In this document: one piece after another, positions 13,265-26,676 of the stretch
How the letters are laid out: each line of letters begins with the position of its first letter
Position numbering within the stretch: position 1 is the first letter of the stretch
DNA from: Bugula neritina
Lineage: Eukaryota; Animalia; Bryozoa
Assembly: GCA_964035545.1 (NCBI GenBank)
Contig: OZ037769.1
Location: 806,001-870,000 of the forward strand
Reading direction: 5' to 3'
Length of the DNA: 64,000 nucleotides
Position numbers and translations under genes: made by a program
The notes under the pieces: generated by a model
Databases searched by the model: none
What the model was told of the DNA's origin: nothing
The model's input: the letters and a program-made list of their open reading frames with translations, nothing else

Positions 13265-16200
13265 GGCAGTGTTACCAAGTGTATGCTGTCCATCATAGGT
13301 GACATCTTGGATGCAGCTACTCTAGCCTTATCCAGTTTCTGCTGAATGTCTTCCCGTCCAGCTACTCTGAGAGAGAGATAGTTGAGAGACTGAGACTCTA
13401 AACCACTCAGTGACTCCAGCATTACGGGAACGAGGACGTGGATGTGGGGCTTGAGGAACTTGCCCGCGTTCTTGCTCATCTGTACCACAGTATCCAGGCT
13501 ATGTAAGGAGACAACACACTTCTAGAACTTTCTCAGATGTGCTGATTGACAAGAACTCTCAGTATTTATAGGCAACTACCAGAATTCAACTACACCGACA
13601 GTCAGTACTCAGTTCTACTAACAGTTCTACTCACAGTAGAGTACTACTAATAGTACTACTAACAGTAGAGTACTACTCACAGTGGAGTACTACTAATAGT
13701 ACTACTCACAATAGAGTACTACTCACAGTGGAGTACTACTCACAGTAGAGTACTACTCACAGTGGAGTACTACTAACAGTGGAGTACTACTGACAGAAGA
13801 GTACTACTCACAGTAGAGTACTACTCACAGTGGAGTACTACTAATAGTACTACTCACAATAGAGTACTACTGACAGTAGAGTACTACTCACAGTGGAGTA
13901 CTACTAACAGTGGAGTACTACTGACAGAAGAGTACTACTCACAGTGGAGTACTACCCACAGTAGAGTACTACTCACAGTGGAGTACTACTGACAGAAGAG
14001 TACTACTCACAGTGGAGTACTACTCACAGTAGAGTACTACTCACAGTGGAGTACTACTGACAGAAGAGTACTACTCACAGTAGAGTACCACTAACAGTGA
14101 ATAGTGAGTATCACCAGTAGTTACCACTCAGTTATAGCACTCAGTACCTGAGAGTTCGAACTTCAGTGACATTAGAAGTTATCCCCTCCGACAGAAGAAC
14201 AGGAAGAACCAAAGATAACGCCTTCTCTCCGTTCTTCCCGTGATCTACACTACACACCTTGATAGATACTTTGCTTAGCGTCTTGGAGGCTGTCGTGGCA
14301 GCGTTCCTAGTTGATTCCTACAGTGGTACAGGATGTTGTAACATGAAGTAGAAATATTAGAAAAGTACAAAATGCTGTTAACTAAAAAAACTCCCATTCT
14401 AATTAAATTAAATCTTATAGAATAATATGTTAAATATGCTTTGCTTAGATTGGAAGAAATACCAAAAATTAACTTATTAATTCAATTCAAAGTTGAAAAT
14501 TTTGTTCTAAGAGTATAACCATGACGGATTCAGCAACATACTACCACACTTAGAGAAGTTGCTCTGTTTGAAGAACAGCCAGTACAATGTATGAGTACAC
14601 TGAGTATACTGCAGGTAGAAATGGCTGCTAAGTTATCTGAAGATAAGCCCACCTTGATGTCATCCAGCAGCTTGAGCATGATGTGCCAGAGCTCGGGCAG
14701 CTGGTCCAGTATGCTGTCTAGTTGTCTTCCCTTTACCAGGTCGTTCACCGCCAGACAACTAACAACACACATGGAGACTACAGTATACACTCTGTGTAGT
14801 GACTACAGTATACACTCTGTGTAGTGACTACAGTATACACTCTGTGTAGTGACTACAGTATACACTCTGTGTAGTGACTACAGTATACAACCTGTGTAGT
14901 GACTACAGTATACACTCTGTGTAGTGACTACAGTATACACTCTGTGTAGTGACTACAGTATACACTCTGTGTAGTGACTACAGTATACACTCTGTGTAGT
15001 GACTACAGTATACACTCTGTGTAGTGACTACAGTATACACTCTGTGTAGTGACTACAGTATACACTCTGTGTAGTGACTACAGTATACAACCTGTGTAGT
15101 GACTACAGTATACACTCTGTGTAGTGACTACAGTATACACTCTGTGTAGTGACTACAGTATACACTCTGTGTAGTGACTACAGTATACACTCTGTGTAGT
15201 GACTACAGTATACACTCTGTGCAGTGACTACAGTATACACTCTGTGCAGTGACTACAGTATACACTCTGTGCAGTGACTACAGTATACACTCTGTGTAGT
15301 GACTACAGTATACAGTCTGTGTAGTGACTACAGTATACACTCTGTGTAGTGACTACAGTATACAGTCTGTGTAGTGACTACAGTATACACTCTGTGTAGT
15401 GACTACAGTATACACTCTGTGTAGTGACTACAGTATACACTCTGTGTAGTGACTACAGTATACACTCTGTGTAGTGACTACAGTATACACTCTAAAACTA
15501 AGAATTGGGTAACAGGTAGTGACAAGTGACTGACAGGTAGTGACATGTGACTGGCAGGTGGGTAACAGGTAGTGACATGTGACTGACAGGTAGTAACATG
15601 TGACTGACAGGTGGGTGACTCACCAGGACTCTCTGACCCTCCACTGACTATTGGTGAGATTGTCTAACAAGTCACTCAGTATTTCACTCATATACTTATC
15701 CACCTGTAAACAGAGATACTCTACATACTAGTTCTAAGTCTATCATTACAAGACCTAACATTATGAGCTTTATCTTACGGCATTACTTATACATAAGGGA
15801 AAGTGTAATACAGACTGTTTGCAATACAACTATACAACTAATTATACACTCTTATATATACATAAAAGAAGAAGCCCAACATAGAAAACATATACTGCTA
15901 ATAGTTCATTTAATCTAATATATTACTATAACAAATGCATAGATGAATTTCTGGTCGGCTATGAAAAGGTTTTACTGATGAGTAACTAAACTGCCTTTCT
16001 TGATACCACAGATGTTCACCATGGAACTCAAGCTTTACAAGACGGGACACTCTTGCAACGCCCCGTAAACGTGTAACAGAATGAGTCTGAAGTTGTGATG
16101 ACTCACGGTGGGTTTCGTCTCCTTAACGACAGCATTCCAGATGGCCCTCATGGCCGTCTGTATCTTCACATTGGGGTCAAATGTGTACCGGTACAGCCTG

Positions 16201-19200
16201 GGCACTATCTGTGACATGTAGGGGGCGAGCTGAGCCCCAGCCTGGGCGGCTATTGTAGAGAAGCCAAAGGCCGCACCCTGGAGGAAAGTGAATTTACAGT
16301 AAAACAAAACAAAATTATCAGGTGCTTTAATTGGAAATATATTTCACAAGAAAACACAGCTAAACAAGTGCACGTGTTGGTTAAATTGAAAGAAACATGA
16401 GAAGTGAAGCAAGCAAAAGGTATATGAGTTTGTGTTGCTAATACATCTACTCATATACAGCACTGGTCAACTAGGCCACTGGTCAACCAGCCCACTGGTA
16501 AACTGGTCAACTAGCCCACTGGTAAACTAGCCCACTGATAAACTAGCCCACTGATAAACTAGCCCACTGATAAACTAGCCTACTGGTAAACTAGCCCACT
16601 GGTCAACTAGCACACTGGTCAACTAGGGCACCGGTAAACTGGCCCACTGGTCTAGCAACAATAGGACCAGTGAGTTATTCTGTTAAAACACCTTTCTGCT
16701 GTTCCACATGCTCTGGTGGTTGGCCAGGTGGAGGAACTTGTAGATGAGATCTGGTTGGTTGAGGTCTGTGGCTATAGCACACAGTTCCTTGTACGTGTTG
16801 AGTCTCTGGCCGTCGGGGGTGGAGCCCAAACTCCCCTCGCTAAATAACTTAGACTCTCCGCTAACTTCTCCACTTTTTTTCTGTGAACTATGATGAGAAG
16901 TAGAAGGCATGTGTGAGTGCACAAAAACACAAATAGATGACTAAAAGAGCGAGAAAGCAGAGATGAGAAGAGAGATCTGAGAACATCTAAGAGAACTAGG
17001 CACCTTTTACCAGTCATGAGAGTACCAACAAGGTTAGAGATCAGCTCTTTCTGTTGAACATCTCCACAGCTCTCGTAGATCAACCCCAGACCTTTAGACG
17101 CCACGTCTTGTGTAATTTCTGTACACAAAAGGATATGACATCATACGGCGCAAAACACAGCTTCCCAGATCACAAAATACAAGAATTGGGGTGATAATAG
17201 CAAGAAATAGTATGACATACGCAACAGCTGGTGATAAAGAGAAATATGAGAAGTTGAGTCACCAGATGAGACACAAACAGGAAATGACATCACACAGAGA
17301 CTTACCATCATTCTCAGAGAGAAGTCTCATGAAAGCAGACTGAATATCTGATGACCTTTTAGTGACTGCAGAGAACTTTGCTGACTTCTTGACAATGGTG
17401 AGTAACCAGACGCACGCTGCCTGCAAAGATATACCAGAATGCACTGTCAGCATCACTTCCTGTCCACCACACAGACAAGTGAGTACAGTACTGACCTGTT
17501 TAATATGTGGGTTAACGTGACATATATACTTGTCGAGCACGCAGTCGACCAAGTAGCTCATCTCATGACTCATCTCAAGCACTGAGTCATCACTCCAGTG
17601 GTCTGACTCGGACTGCCTCCATTTGTCTCTTCTGATTGGACAAGACATTCCCTGAGCAGACATGACCAGAGCCTGGCCGACAGTGAAGTGCAACTCCAAC
17701 TCCTGCAATATTACTGTATACCTCTAGTAACTGACAGTACACTACTAGTAACTGACAGTATACTAATAGTAACTGACAGTATACTACTAGTAACTGACAG
17801 TACACTACTAGTAACTGACAGTATACTAATAGTAACTGACAGTACACTACTAGTAACTGACAGCATACCTCTAGTAACTGACAGTATACCACTAGTAACT
17901 GATAGCATACTCATAGAGAGAGAGCATACCTTAGTGCTGCTACTCTCACATAGACCGTCTATGCACAGCTTCCTGAAAGGGAAAGACGGGTCACCAACAC
18001 CAATAGAGCCGAGACACGTTGCCACTTTCTCACGTTGCTAAAAGTTATGAAAAGGGAAATATTATCTACACGACACAACAACTCCTACGTTTATGAACTG
18101 ATACATTTATACCAGCTAAAGAAACACAATAGGTAGATAACAATTCAAATTCCTACGAATACAAACAAAAAATAAATAAATGCAGAGAAAGAATAATATA
18201 AAAATAATATTGAATAAAGACATCATTGCATGTTTAAAAAAGATGAAAAATCCTGAATGAAAAACCTTGGAATCCAGTTTAGCACTTTTGACGTGTTTGG
18301 AGAGAAGATTGACGATGCTGAGCACATTGACCTCTCCGTCCACATCCTCCTCACTGCCGTACTCTAAACACAGACTACCAGACACACTGATCTCTAGAAG
18401 TACTTGTAGCGCCACCGTAGCCTTAGGAATGTCATGTAGTTCTCGCTCTACAGACAGGGATAACAAAGGCTAGATTAGCTGAAAGATATAGTAACAGTAA
18501 TTGCAGGTTCAGCAAACCCTTCAGTGGGGAGGAAATAGTTTACCTATGAGCTTCACAACTTGAGCAGTGAGAGTGTACCAAGTGGCATCCTCGCCGTCCC
18601 CGTCACCTTTCAGTCTATTGTGATAAGAAATAAGGCTAGACATGGTGTAGAGTGAACCATTCTTCTGCTCGAGAGATAACTAAAACAGTTGACAGCGGAG
18701 ATTAACAGAGAATTCTAAACAAGTTGTCCAGTATTTTGAAATTATGTACTAGTAGGCACATTACTATGGATATTCCCTTCTCACTAATCACCTATAACTC
18801 TGCATCTATGACTAATCACTCATGACTAATCACTCATGACTAATCACTCATGACTCATCACCGATGACTAATCACCCATGACTAATCACCCATGACTAAT
18901 CACCTATGACTAACCACCCATGACTAATCAGCCATATCCAGCTCACAATGACTCATACTCACTGAGGGTTTGAATGCGTCGATGTACTCCTCCAACACCT
19001 TTGCTGGCGTTAGATCACAGTCTACCAGTATGAGAGCGAAGATCTGGGAGGCGTAGAACTGAACTTTATTGTCATAGTTGTTGGCAAGATTCTGGAACAG
19101 TGACTATTAGTTAGTGCTTATAGTGCTGACTTAGCATACATAGAGAAGGCAACTCTTACAATCAAACATATCTACCTTATTAATTGTACAGATGTATAAT

Positions 19201-22200
19201 GTATGTGAAAACTGTTTACCTTGAACCACTCAATTTTAGATTTAAATTCCACTGAAAGAGTTCTGTTAGTAGCAATAACTTCTAGTAGGAGATATACAGT
19301 ATCAACATCTGGAATATAAGATATACACAGTATCAACATGTGTAATATAGAATATATACAGTATTAACATCTGTAATATAGGGGATATACAGTATTAACA
19401 TGTGTAATATAGGAGATATACAGTATCAACATGTGTAATATAGTACATACACAGTATCAACATGTGTAATATAGGTGTTATACAGTATCAACTTCTGTAA
19501 TATAGGAGATATACAGTATTGCAATGTGTAATGTAGGGGATATACAGTATCAACATGTGCAATATAAGAGTTATACAGTACCAATAGCATTGACCAATCA
19601 AACTCACTTGTGCTGACGGAGATGCACTGGGTCAGGAGGTCAGCGTACTGCCTCAGTGATTGTGCAACACCCTCCCTCTCAGACTTCAACTGTTTAGTGG
19701 GCGGGTCTCCATCACTACCACCTCTCTGCCCTGATTGTCTACGCGCCGAACTGTAGTGGGAAATGATTGGAGCCTGCTCCATCCAATCAGAGATGTCGGT
19801 GGTGTGTGGGGAGCTGACCCCACATGACCTTGCCAGACACGTTCGTAAGTATCGCACCATCTGCAGGGGATAATGGTCTACTTAGCTATCCCACAAGTCA
19901 ATATTAAATGTTTACTGCGGGGAGAGTCCGGGAACATAGTAGCATTAATTAGCTTTTAGTTAACACAGTGATATCAAGGCCACATTAAGGTGACATCACA
20001 GTGATATCAAGGTCATATCAAGGTCACAGCAAGTTGACAGTGTACCTCTTGGAGTGTGTCTGGCTTGAATGCCATCACCATATTTCCTCTGGTAATCGTC
20101 TTCTTCTCAGTTATCCTCTCTTCTCTCCTCGTCTCAATGAACGCTGACATTGCCTCAAAGGTCGGGTAGAGGTCAGTGTCCGAGCTGTGCTTACCAACAG
20201 TTGACAACTCCGCATGTCTTTTAGAATGGAGGGACTTCTTGGCCTCAGCTTGAATATCTGGCAGCCTATTATATACAAACAGTGAGTTAGTAAGAGCTTG
20301 GTGGGGCCCAATCAGGAGAACACAACTACAGCAGCAGACATATTGCACTGGGGGATCGTTTGATTAGAATCACACAATATCGACAGGGAAAATACAGTAA
20401 AAAGATACTAGAAATTGTCAGGTATTGATTATTCTATTGAATACTTATGCATGGTGACAACAGATTGAAGAAATAAGTTAGGTAGGTGAGTAGACAGGTA
20501 GGTGAGTAGACAGGTAGGTGAGTAGACAGGTAGGTGAGTAGACAGGTAGGTGAGTAGACAGGTAGGTGAGTAGACAGGTAGGTGAGTAGACAGGTAGGTG
20601 AGTAGACAGGTAGGCGAGTAGACAGGTCGGCGAGTAGACAGGTAGGTGAGTAGACGGGTAGGTGAGTAGACGGGTAGGTGAGTAGACAGGTAGGTGAGTA
20701 GACAGGTAGGTGAGTAGACAGGTAGGTGAGTAGACAGGTAGGTGAGTAGACAGGTAGGCGAGTAGACAGGTCGGCGAGTAGACAGGTAGGTGAGTAGACA
20801 GGTAGGTGAGTAGACAGGTAGGTGAGTAGACAGGTAGGTGAGCAGACAGGTAGGTGAGCAAGAGTTAGACATATATGGCATACAATACCCACTGGTCAGA
20901 GCAGGCTAGCAGAAGTAGGTATCTGGTAGGCAGCCAGGTGGTGGGGAAGGCGTGGTGTGCCATGTATATGGTAACTCTTCTCAGAGCATCACATTCCTGT
21001 GTGACATGTGTAAAATACATATAGTAGCAACAACAAAAGTAGCAGCGGCAGTACTGCTAATAGTAGTACTGCTAATAGTAGTACTGCTAGTAGTAGTAGT
21101 AGTAGTAGTAGTAGCAGTACTAGTAGTAGCAGTAATAGTAGTAGCAGTACTAGTAGTAGCAGTAATAGTAGTAGTAGTACTAGCAGTAGCAGCAGTAGCA
21201 GTAGTAGTAGTAGTAGCAGTAGATATACGAACACTCTCCATATTCTTGGCTAATAATCTCCCAATGATCTCTTTGACTTCCGGTTTAGTCTTGGACACAG
21301 CAGAGGTCATTGCTACAAGAGCATCTCGTATGCACGGAATCACCGTTTTGTCGTTCTCTTTCTGTAAACAGATAAGTGCATATTACTCTCACTGTGTTAT
21401 ATATTACTCTCACTGTGTTATATATTACTCTCACTGTGCTATATATTACTCTCACTGTACTATATATTACTCTCACTGTGCTATATATTACTCTCACAGT
21501 GCTATATATTACTCTCACTGTGCTATATATTACTCTCACTGTGCTATATATTACTCTCACTGTACTATATATTACTCTCACTGTGCTATATATTACTCCC
21601 ACTGTGCTATATATTACTCTCACTGTGCTATATATTACTCTCACTGTGAACTATAACCAGCAGACACTCACCTCCAGGTTAGAGAAGAGAGTGGATATGA
21701 CATCAGCATTGTCAGAAATGAGGGTGGGCACCTGGTCCACAAGTTTGCCCATAGCGGAGTAAGATAGAGTCCTAAGGCTATTAGCAGCCGGCCCCTCTTC
21801 GTTCACCATCTTCCAGAGATAGGAGAGGAGAGTTGGGGCTATGGCCTTGAGGTGATGGGACTGAGCACTGAATGTCAAAGTATTTTGTCTCAATGAGGTT
21901 ATATATAAACTTATTCTCTAAGGTGTAGGAAGTTGTTACTTGTCATAGACAGTTTAAAGTGGGAATTACACTGACATAACTAGAAATAGAGTTAGTGGAT
22001 AAAAGTATTGTACCACATGTCCATTACTTGTAGCTGAAGAGTACAGCTTGTGCTGTTTGTTTCTCTACATATTTTATAAACAATTCTAAGTAGACACAAT
22101 TTACAAGCAAACTCACTGGTCGGCCATCTTGCCAATGAACGCTATACCAAACTTCTTTAGTTTCAACTTAGTTTCTGGGCCGGCAACCGCATCACTTGCA

Positions 22201-25200
22201 ATCTACGAGAGAGGATGAAACTTTAGTATGTTACCAGACAGTATTACACTTCAGTATGTTACCAGACAGTATTACAATTTAGCATGATACCAGACAGTAT
22301 TGCACATTAGAAATATTTATAGATTAGCTCACCTGAAGATTTTGAGGGAACAATTGAGCTGCGTATTTTGACTTTAGGAGGTATGCAAATATCTTAGCTT
22401 TGATTCGAATTGGTGCTTCAGTGATTAGGCTTTCTTTCGCGGGAGGCTAAAATAGGTTTACCAGTAGTATTTAATATATCTATTCCCAGTAGATAAAAGC
22501 TAAATATTACAATTTATAGGGGTGGGCGTGTCTTACGGGAGCATTGCGTCCACGACTAATCTGATTGGCTGTTCCAAGATAGATGGTGGTCAGCCTCTTT
22601 ATGAGATCAGCATCTTCCCAGTTGATGTCACTGAAACAGAGTATAATGAGTAATACTAGCTAGTACTAGTATATAGTGAATAGTACTAGCTAGTAGTAGT
22701 ATATAGTGAGTAGTACTAGCTAGTAGTAGTATATAGTGAGTGGTACTAATCAGTAGTAGTATATAGTGAATAGTACTAGCTAGTAGTAGTATATAGTGAG
22801 TAGTACTAGCTAGCAGTATCATATAGTGAGTAGTACTAGCTAGTAGTAGTATATAGTAAATAGTACTAGTGAATAGTAAGTAGTACTAGTGAATAGTAAA
22901 TAGTACAAGTGAATAGTAAATAGTGCTAGTAAATAGTGAGTATTACTAGTAGATAGTAAATAGTACTAGTGAATAGTAAATAGTACTAGTGAATAGTAAG
23001 TAGTACTAGTGAATAGTAAGTAGTACTAGCACACACCTGCTGAGTCTCTTCAACTCATTCTCAGAATCTGTTGCTATGCAGTATCTGCTATCAGCTGAAG
23101 CTATGATCAGATGTAAAGTGATTTCCTTCAAGTCAAACACATCTGATATTATATACTTTGTGACGCTTGCCTTCAACGCCTCCACCCGATCAGGGTTATT
23201 GTATTCAGGATTCAGAGCTATAACACAGAAAACTTGTGCTGTAACACTCAATACTCCAGGTAGATAGAACAGGTGAGAATGGAACAGGTAGATAAAACAG
23301 GTGAGAGTGGAACAGGTAGATAGAACAGGTGAGAATGGAACAGGTAGATAGAACAGGTGAGGATGGAACAGGTAGATAGAACAGGTGAGAATGGCATGGA
23401 GTGACGTGTTATTATTACTTACCCAGAATCCTCTTGAATGAGTTGACACTGTAGCAAGGTGGGCTGGCAGTGGCAAGTGTCACATTTGCAGGAAGAGGGA
23501 ATACACTAAAACATATGTTATACAGTATAGTCTGAGTAATATATACTCTGTAGTCTGAGTAGTATGTACTCTGTAGTCTGAGTAGTATATACTCTGTAGT
23601 CTGAGTAATATATACTGCACCTATAAGGCATGAGTAAGATATCAAGCATGTAGCCCAGGAGATATGACCTCACATCAGGGTGATCAACTAGCCCATAGAG
23701 TTGCCTCCTCTCAGATTTATCAGTAGGGAATTTGACATGCTTCATGACAGGTAGAAATAGAGCCATGAACCTGAAGGGAGAGGTGAATATAAGACGAGAC
23801 TATAACTATATACCATATTATATTTATTATATTACTTTACCAGCTGTTACATACACAGCAGAAGCAGTTGATGATGCCACCATATTGCAAATCAGCCATC
23901 TAGTAGACATAAAAGCTGCGCAACATTTGAAACTATTTCTGATATCAACAGATGAGCAACTTGCATTTCCTGCTGCGAGGCAATCTTGTCGGGCAGCAAA
24001 CTGATGACATCGGGTACAGCATCGGACAAGTCCTCACCAAACATTCGTGGGAATCCCATTTTGATGTAAACTAAGCTGAAGTTCTGTAATAATAACACTA
24101 AATGTCAAGAACTTCTGTAGCTATGGCAACTAGCGTGCCACCAGCCTCTCACAGCAGTGAGCAGTTGAGAGAAACTATTACTGAACCCACAATGTGAAGG
24201 TAACTCCCAGAAGTTAAAATAAAGAAAAAATTATGTTTTATTTTGAATATGCTAGAGTTTTTGTTTAAAACTTGCTAACTGAGCAATAGCCTCAATTTTT
24301 ATCCCACAATTTTCTACAGTGCTACGAACAAAACACCTCCATAATCTTCTTGAGTTTATGCAGTGACACTCACAGTTATCATTGGAGAGTTTTCTGTAGT
24401 TCGATATTGATTGAGTAGCTGTTTGACAGGAAGTGTCACGCTTGATCGACTCTTGAGTCGCTTATTCACGTGAATCAACAGTTCCATGACTTTCTTACGG
24501 ACATGTTCCTGCGGGCTAGCGAGTTTGAGTAGGAGGGGAGGAAGAAACTTGTGAAGACAGGCTTGAAACGCTTCGTCAGTGTCGGCAGACAGAACTCTCA
24601 TGAACACTCGGTCTACTAACGCTGAAATGTCAAATAATTCAAATACAAATATCTAGTACTCCAAACAAAAAAATTGATAAATATACAATAACTAAATTTT
24701 TCATCTGGATAGGTTATACTTCTTATTGTTAAGAAATAAAACAGAAACGGTTTAGCATTCACAAAAAAAATATTTGAAAAAATGATTACAAGTGTCACCA
24801 TGATTATGATTGTCAGTATGAGCATGATATTCAATTTGATTATGATAATCAGTGCAGTACCTGATTCTAATAGTTTAATACTAATACTAAAGCCACTGCA
24901 CTAGTCAAAAGCCTATGACGGCTAATACTAATACTAATAGTAGCACTAGTAGTAGTAATACCTGTACTACTAATACTAATAAGTAATAGTAAATCACTAA
25001 ATGTAATACTTTCACGGTTACACTAATAGTAAAACTAATAGTAATACTATAGTTCATGTCATAGTGATACTGATCTTCATTCTAATAGTAATACATATTG
25101 ATATAGCAATAGTTATGCTTATTGTAATACTTAGAGTTGAAGTTATACCAATACTTATACTACGGTACCAACAGTACCTACCGTTACTACGTGAACATCT

Positions 25201-25452
25201 ATTTCCAGTAGCACTAGTAGTTATACTAAACAAACTCAAACTCAAAGTCTAAGATTAAGGGTAAGACACTATCACTATGACTATGAGTATGAGTAAGACT
25301 AAATCTAATGAAATTGAAAATGAATGCTCTAGACTATCACTATCACTATCACTATGTACAGTTTCAACTCGAGCTTGTTTTAAATTTTGAAAACAATATT
25401 AATGCAAGTTTGTGCAGACTAATAATTATCAGCACTTACCATTTTCATCCAT
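8551..25452 (-). CDS. ECPAS: Proteasome adapter and scaffold protein ECM29; multi-exon
   Basis: 13-nt first coding exon (ATGGATGAAAATG|gtaagt, 25452-25440) splices to [16 protein letters not shown]...[30 protein letters not shown]. Later exons give [67 protein letters not shown] and [13 protein letters not shown]. The last exon ends LIPV-TAA at 8553-8551 (C-terminal exons less certain). Confidence 0.93.
8706..8885. repeat. (TA)n microsatellite / AT low complexity
   Basis: Direct inspection. Confidence 0.95.
9638..9809. repeat. 22-nt intronic tandem repeat, ~8 copies
   Basis: Unit catagtatgacaccctgtatca. Confidence 0.93.
10430..10631. repeat. 42-nt tandem repeat x5 spanning an ECM29 acceptor site
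   Basis: Unit cagctggtatctggggacagtatagacagtatataggatata. Acceptor copies at 10441, 10483, 10525, 10567 and 10609. Confidence 0.93.
11095..11401. repeat. 63-nt tandem repeat x5
   Basis: tacaatatggtagccatag recurs at 11101, 11164, 11227, 11290 and 11353. Confidence 0.93.
12574..12915. repeat. 35-nt tandem repeat x10 spanning an ECM29 acceptor site
   Basis: Unit aacttacctaccatattatagtaagtatagtaagt. Confidence 0.95.
13605..14100. repeat. ~17-nt intronic tandem repeat
   Basis: Unit agtactactcacagt(a/g)g. Confidence 0.92.
14775..15493. repeat. 25-nt intronic minisatellite, ~29 copies
   Basis: Unit gactacagtatacactctgtgtagt. Confidence 0.96.
16462..16652. repeat. 16-nt degenerate tandem repeat
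   Basis: cccactg(g/a)taaactag units. Confidence 0.85.
17718..17912. repeat. 21-nt tandem repeat, ~9 copies
   Basis: Unit tagtaactgacagtatactac. Confidence 0.9.
19290..19582. repeat. Degenerate ~33-nt repeat derived from an ECM29 acceptor/exon start
   Basis: atatacagtatcaacat(c/g)tgtaatatag recurs ~9 times; the first copy lies in the exon (DVDTVY). Confidence 0.85.
20479..20860. repeat. 16-nt intronic minisatellite, ~24 copies
   Basis: Unit gtaggtgagtagacag. Confidence 0.95.
21380..21648. repeat. 21-nt tandem repeat, ~13 copies
   Basis: Unit atattactctcactgtgctat. Confidence 0.95.
22645..23030. repeat. Compound AGTAGTACTAG tandem repeats (30-nt then 20-nt units)
   Basis: tagtactagctagtagtagtatatagtgag followed by tagtactagtgaatagtaa(a/g). 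Confidence 0.9.
23771..23964 (-). other. GC-AG intron in ECM29
   Basis: CAGCAGGAAAT|gcaagt...ccttcag|GTTCATGGCT restores the frame ([19 protein letters not shown]). Confidence 0.75.
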
Positions 25453-26676
25453 TCTAAAACAAAAAATGCACGGTCAGTATTGAAATAACCGTTGACCGTG
25501 GATGATAACTCAACAATATTGAATGGAAAGTTTCGAGGCATATAAATTATTTTGATCAGTTTCTTTCAAAATAGCCTGTGCTTTACAGAAGCAATTAGTA
25601 GGGTCGCTCAAAGAGATGCACCGTTACATTGAAAAGGCCAGAAACTTCGAAAGCAATGACTACCTTGACCTTTCGGTGATGTTTAATAACAGGAGTGCAT
25701 AACTCGACTAAAAACCCTGGACGCGAGACCAGATATTAAAATATGTAGGGCGTTTCACATGGCAAGTTAGATACTTCAGTGCATAGTGTAGCATAAGCAA
25801 TCACTCATCAGAAATTACAACCAACACACATTCTCAACTTAATCCCTGTATAGATAATATATTATGCATTGCAAAGCAATCAAATAAAGTATTGTAATGG
25901 AATGTTTATTTTTCAATAAAATTAAATGAGCTCGCCCGCACTAGGCTCAAATAGATACGAAACATTTGATTAAAATTAAACCTTGCGGCATCCCTTAACT
26001 GTAAATTGCAAACTTGCACAGAAAAATGATAACTGAGGAAATGCAAAACAGGCTGATCAAATGAGACTTTTATTGATTAAAAAAAATATCAACATTATAG
26101 CCAAGTTGCATAGCTGATGAAATAGCACGTTTAGTTATCTAGAAATAAATTATCTAACATAATTGTCATTATTCAGGTGGAGGTGAAATATAAATAAATA
26201 AATCATAACTTAAATTACTTGCATATCAGATAATAAAATGCGACTCACCATATAAAAGAAATAATATTTTTTGCCTAAAAAAGTTTGGATCCGTGAAACA
26301 TAAAAAAATTGGTTGAGAAAATCAAACTGATGGGCAAAGTAAGAGTTTTAATCAAAGTGACTAATCAGCATTCAGTAACTATGAATAAACAGAATCTAAT
26401 TTTCTAGAAACATAAAAAATTCATACCAGGTTTTGCTACAAAGTTTCATAGATGAGGGTTTCAATATACCAGAGGAGAAGAATGGCGAATACACCATCAA
26501 TCATACAGTACGGACTGAGACTTCTATATACATACAGAATAATTTACATTGCACAAAATTGCTGATGTTTGTATGATTCAATTCTCTAAGACCTAAGCTA
26601 TAAATACAAGAAGACTGTACAGGTTGGTTAACGCAAGTAACGTGTATATACAAGACAACATCTTAGATACGGCACC

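Noticed and set aside
14775-15493. CRISPR-like array
   Set aside because: Head-to-tail repeats without unique spacers, in a eukaryotic intron. The same applies to all other arrays.
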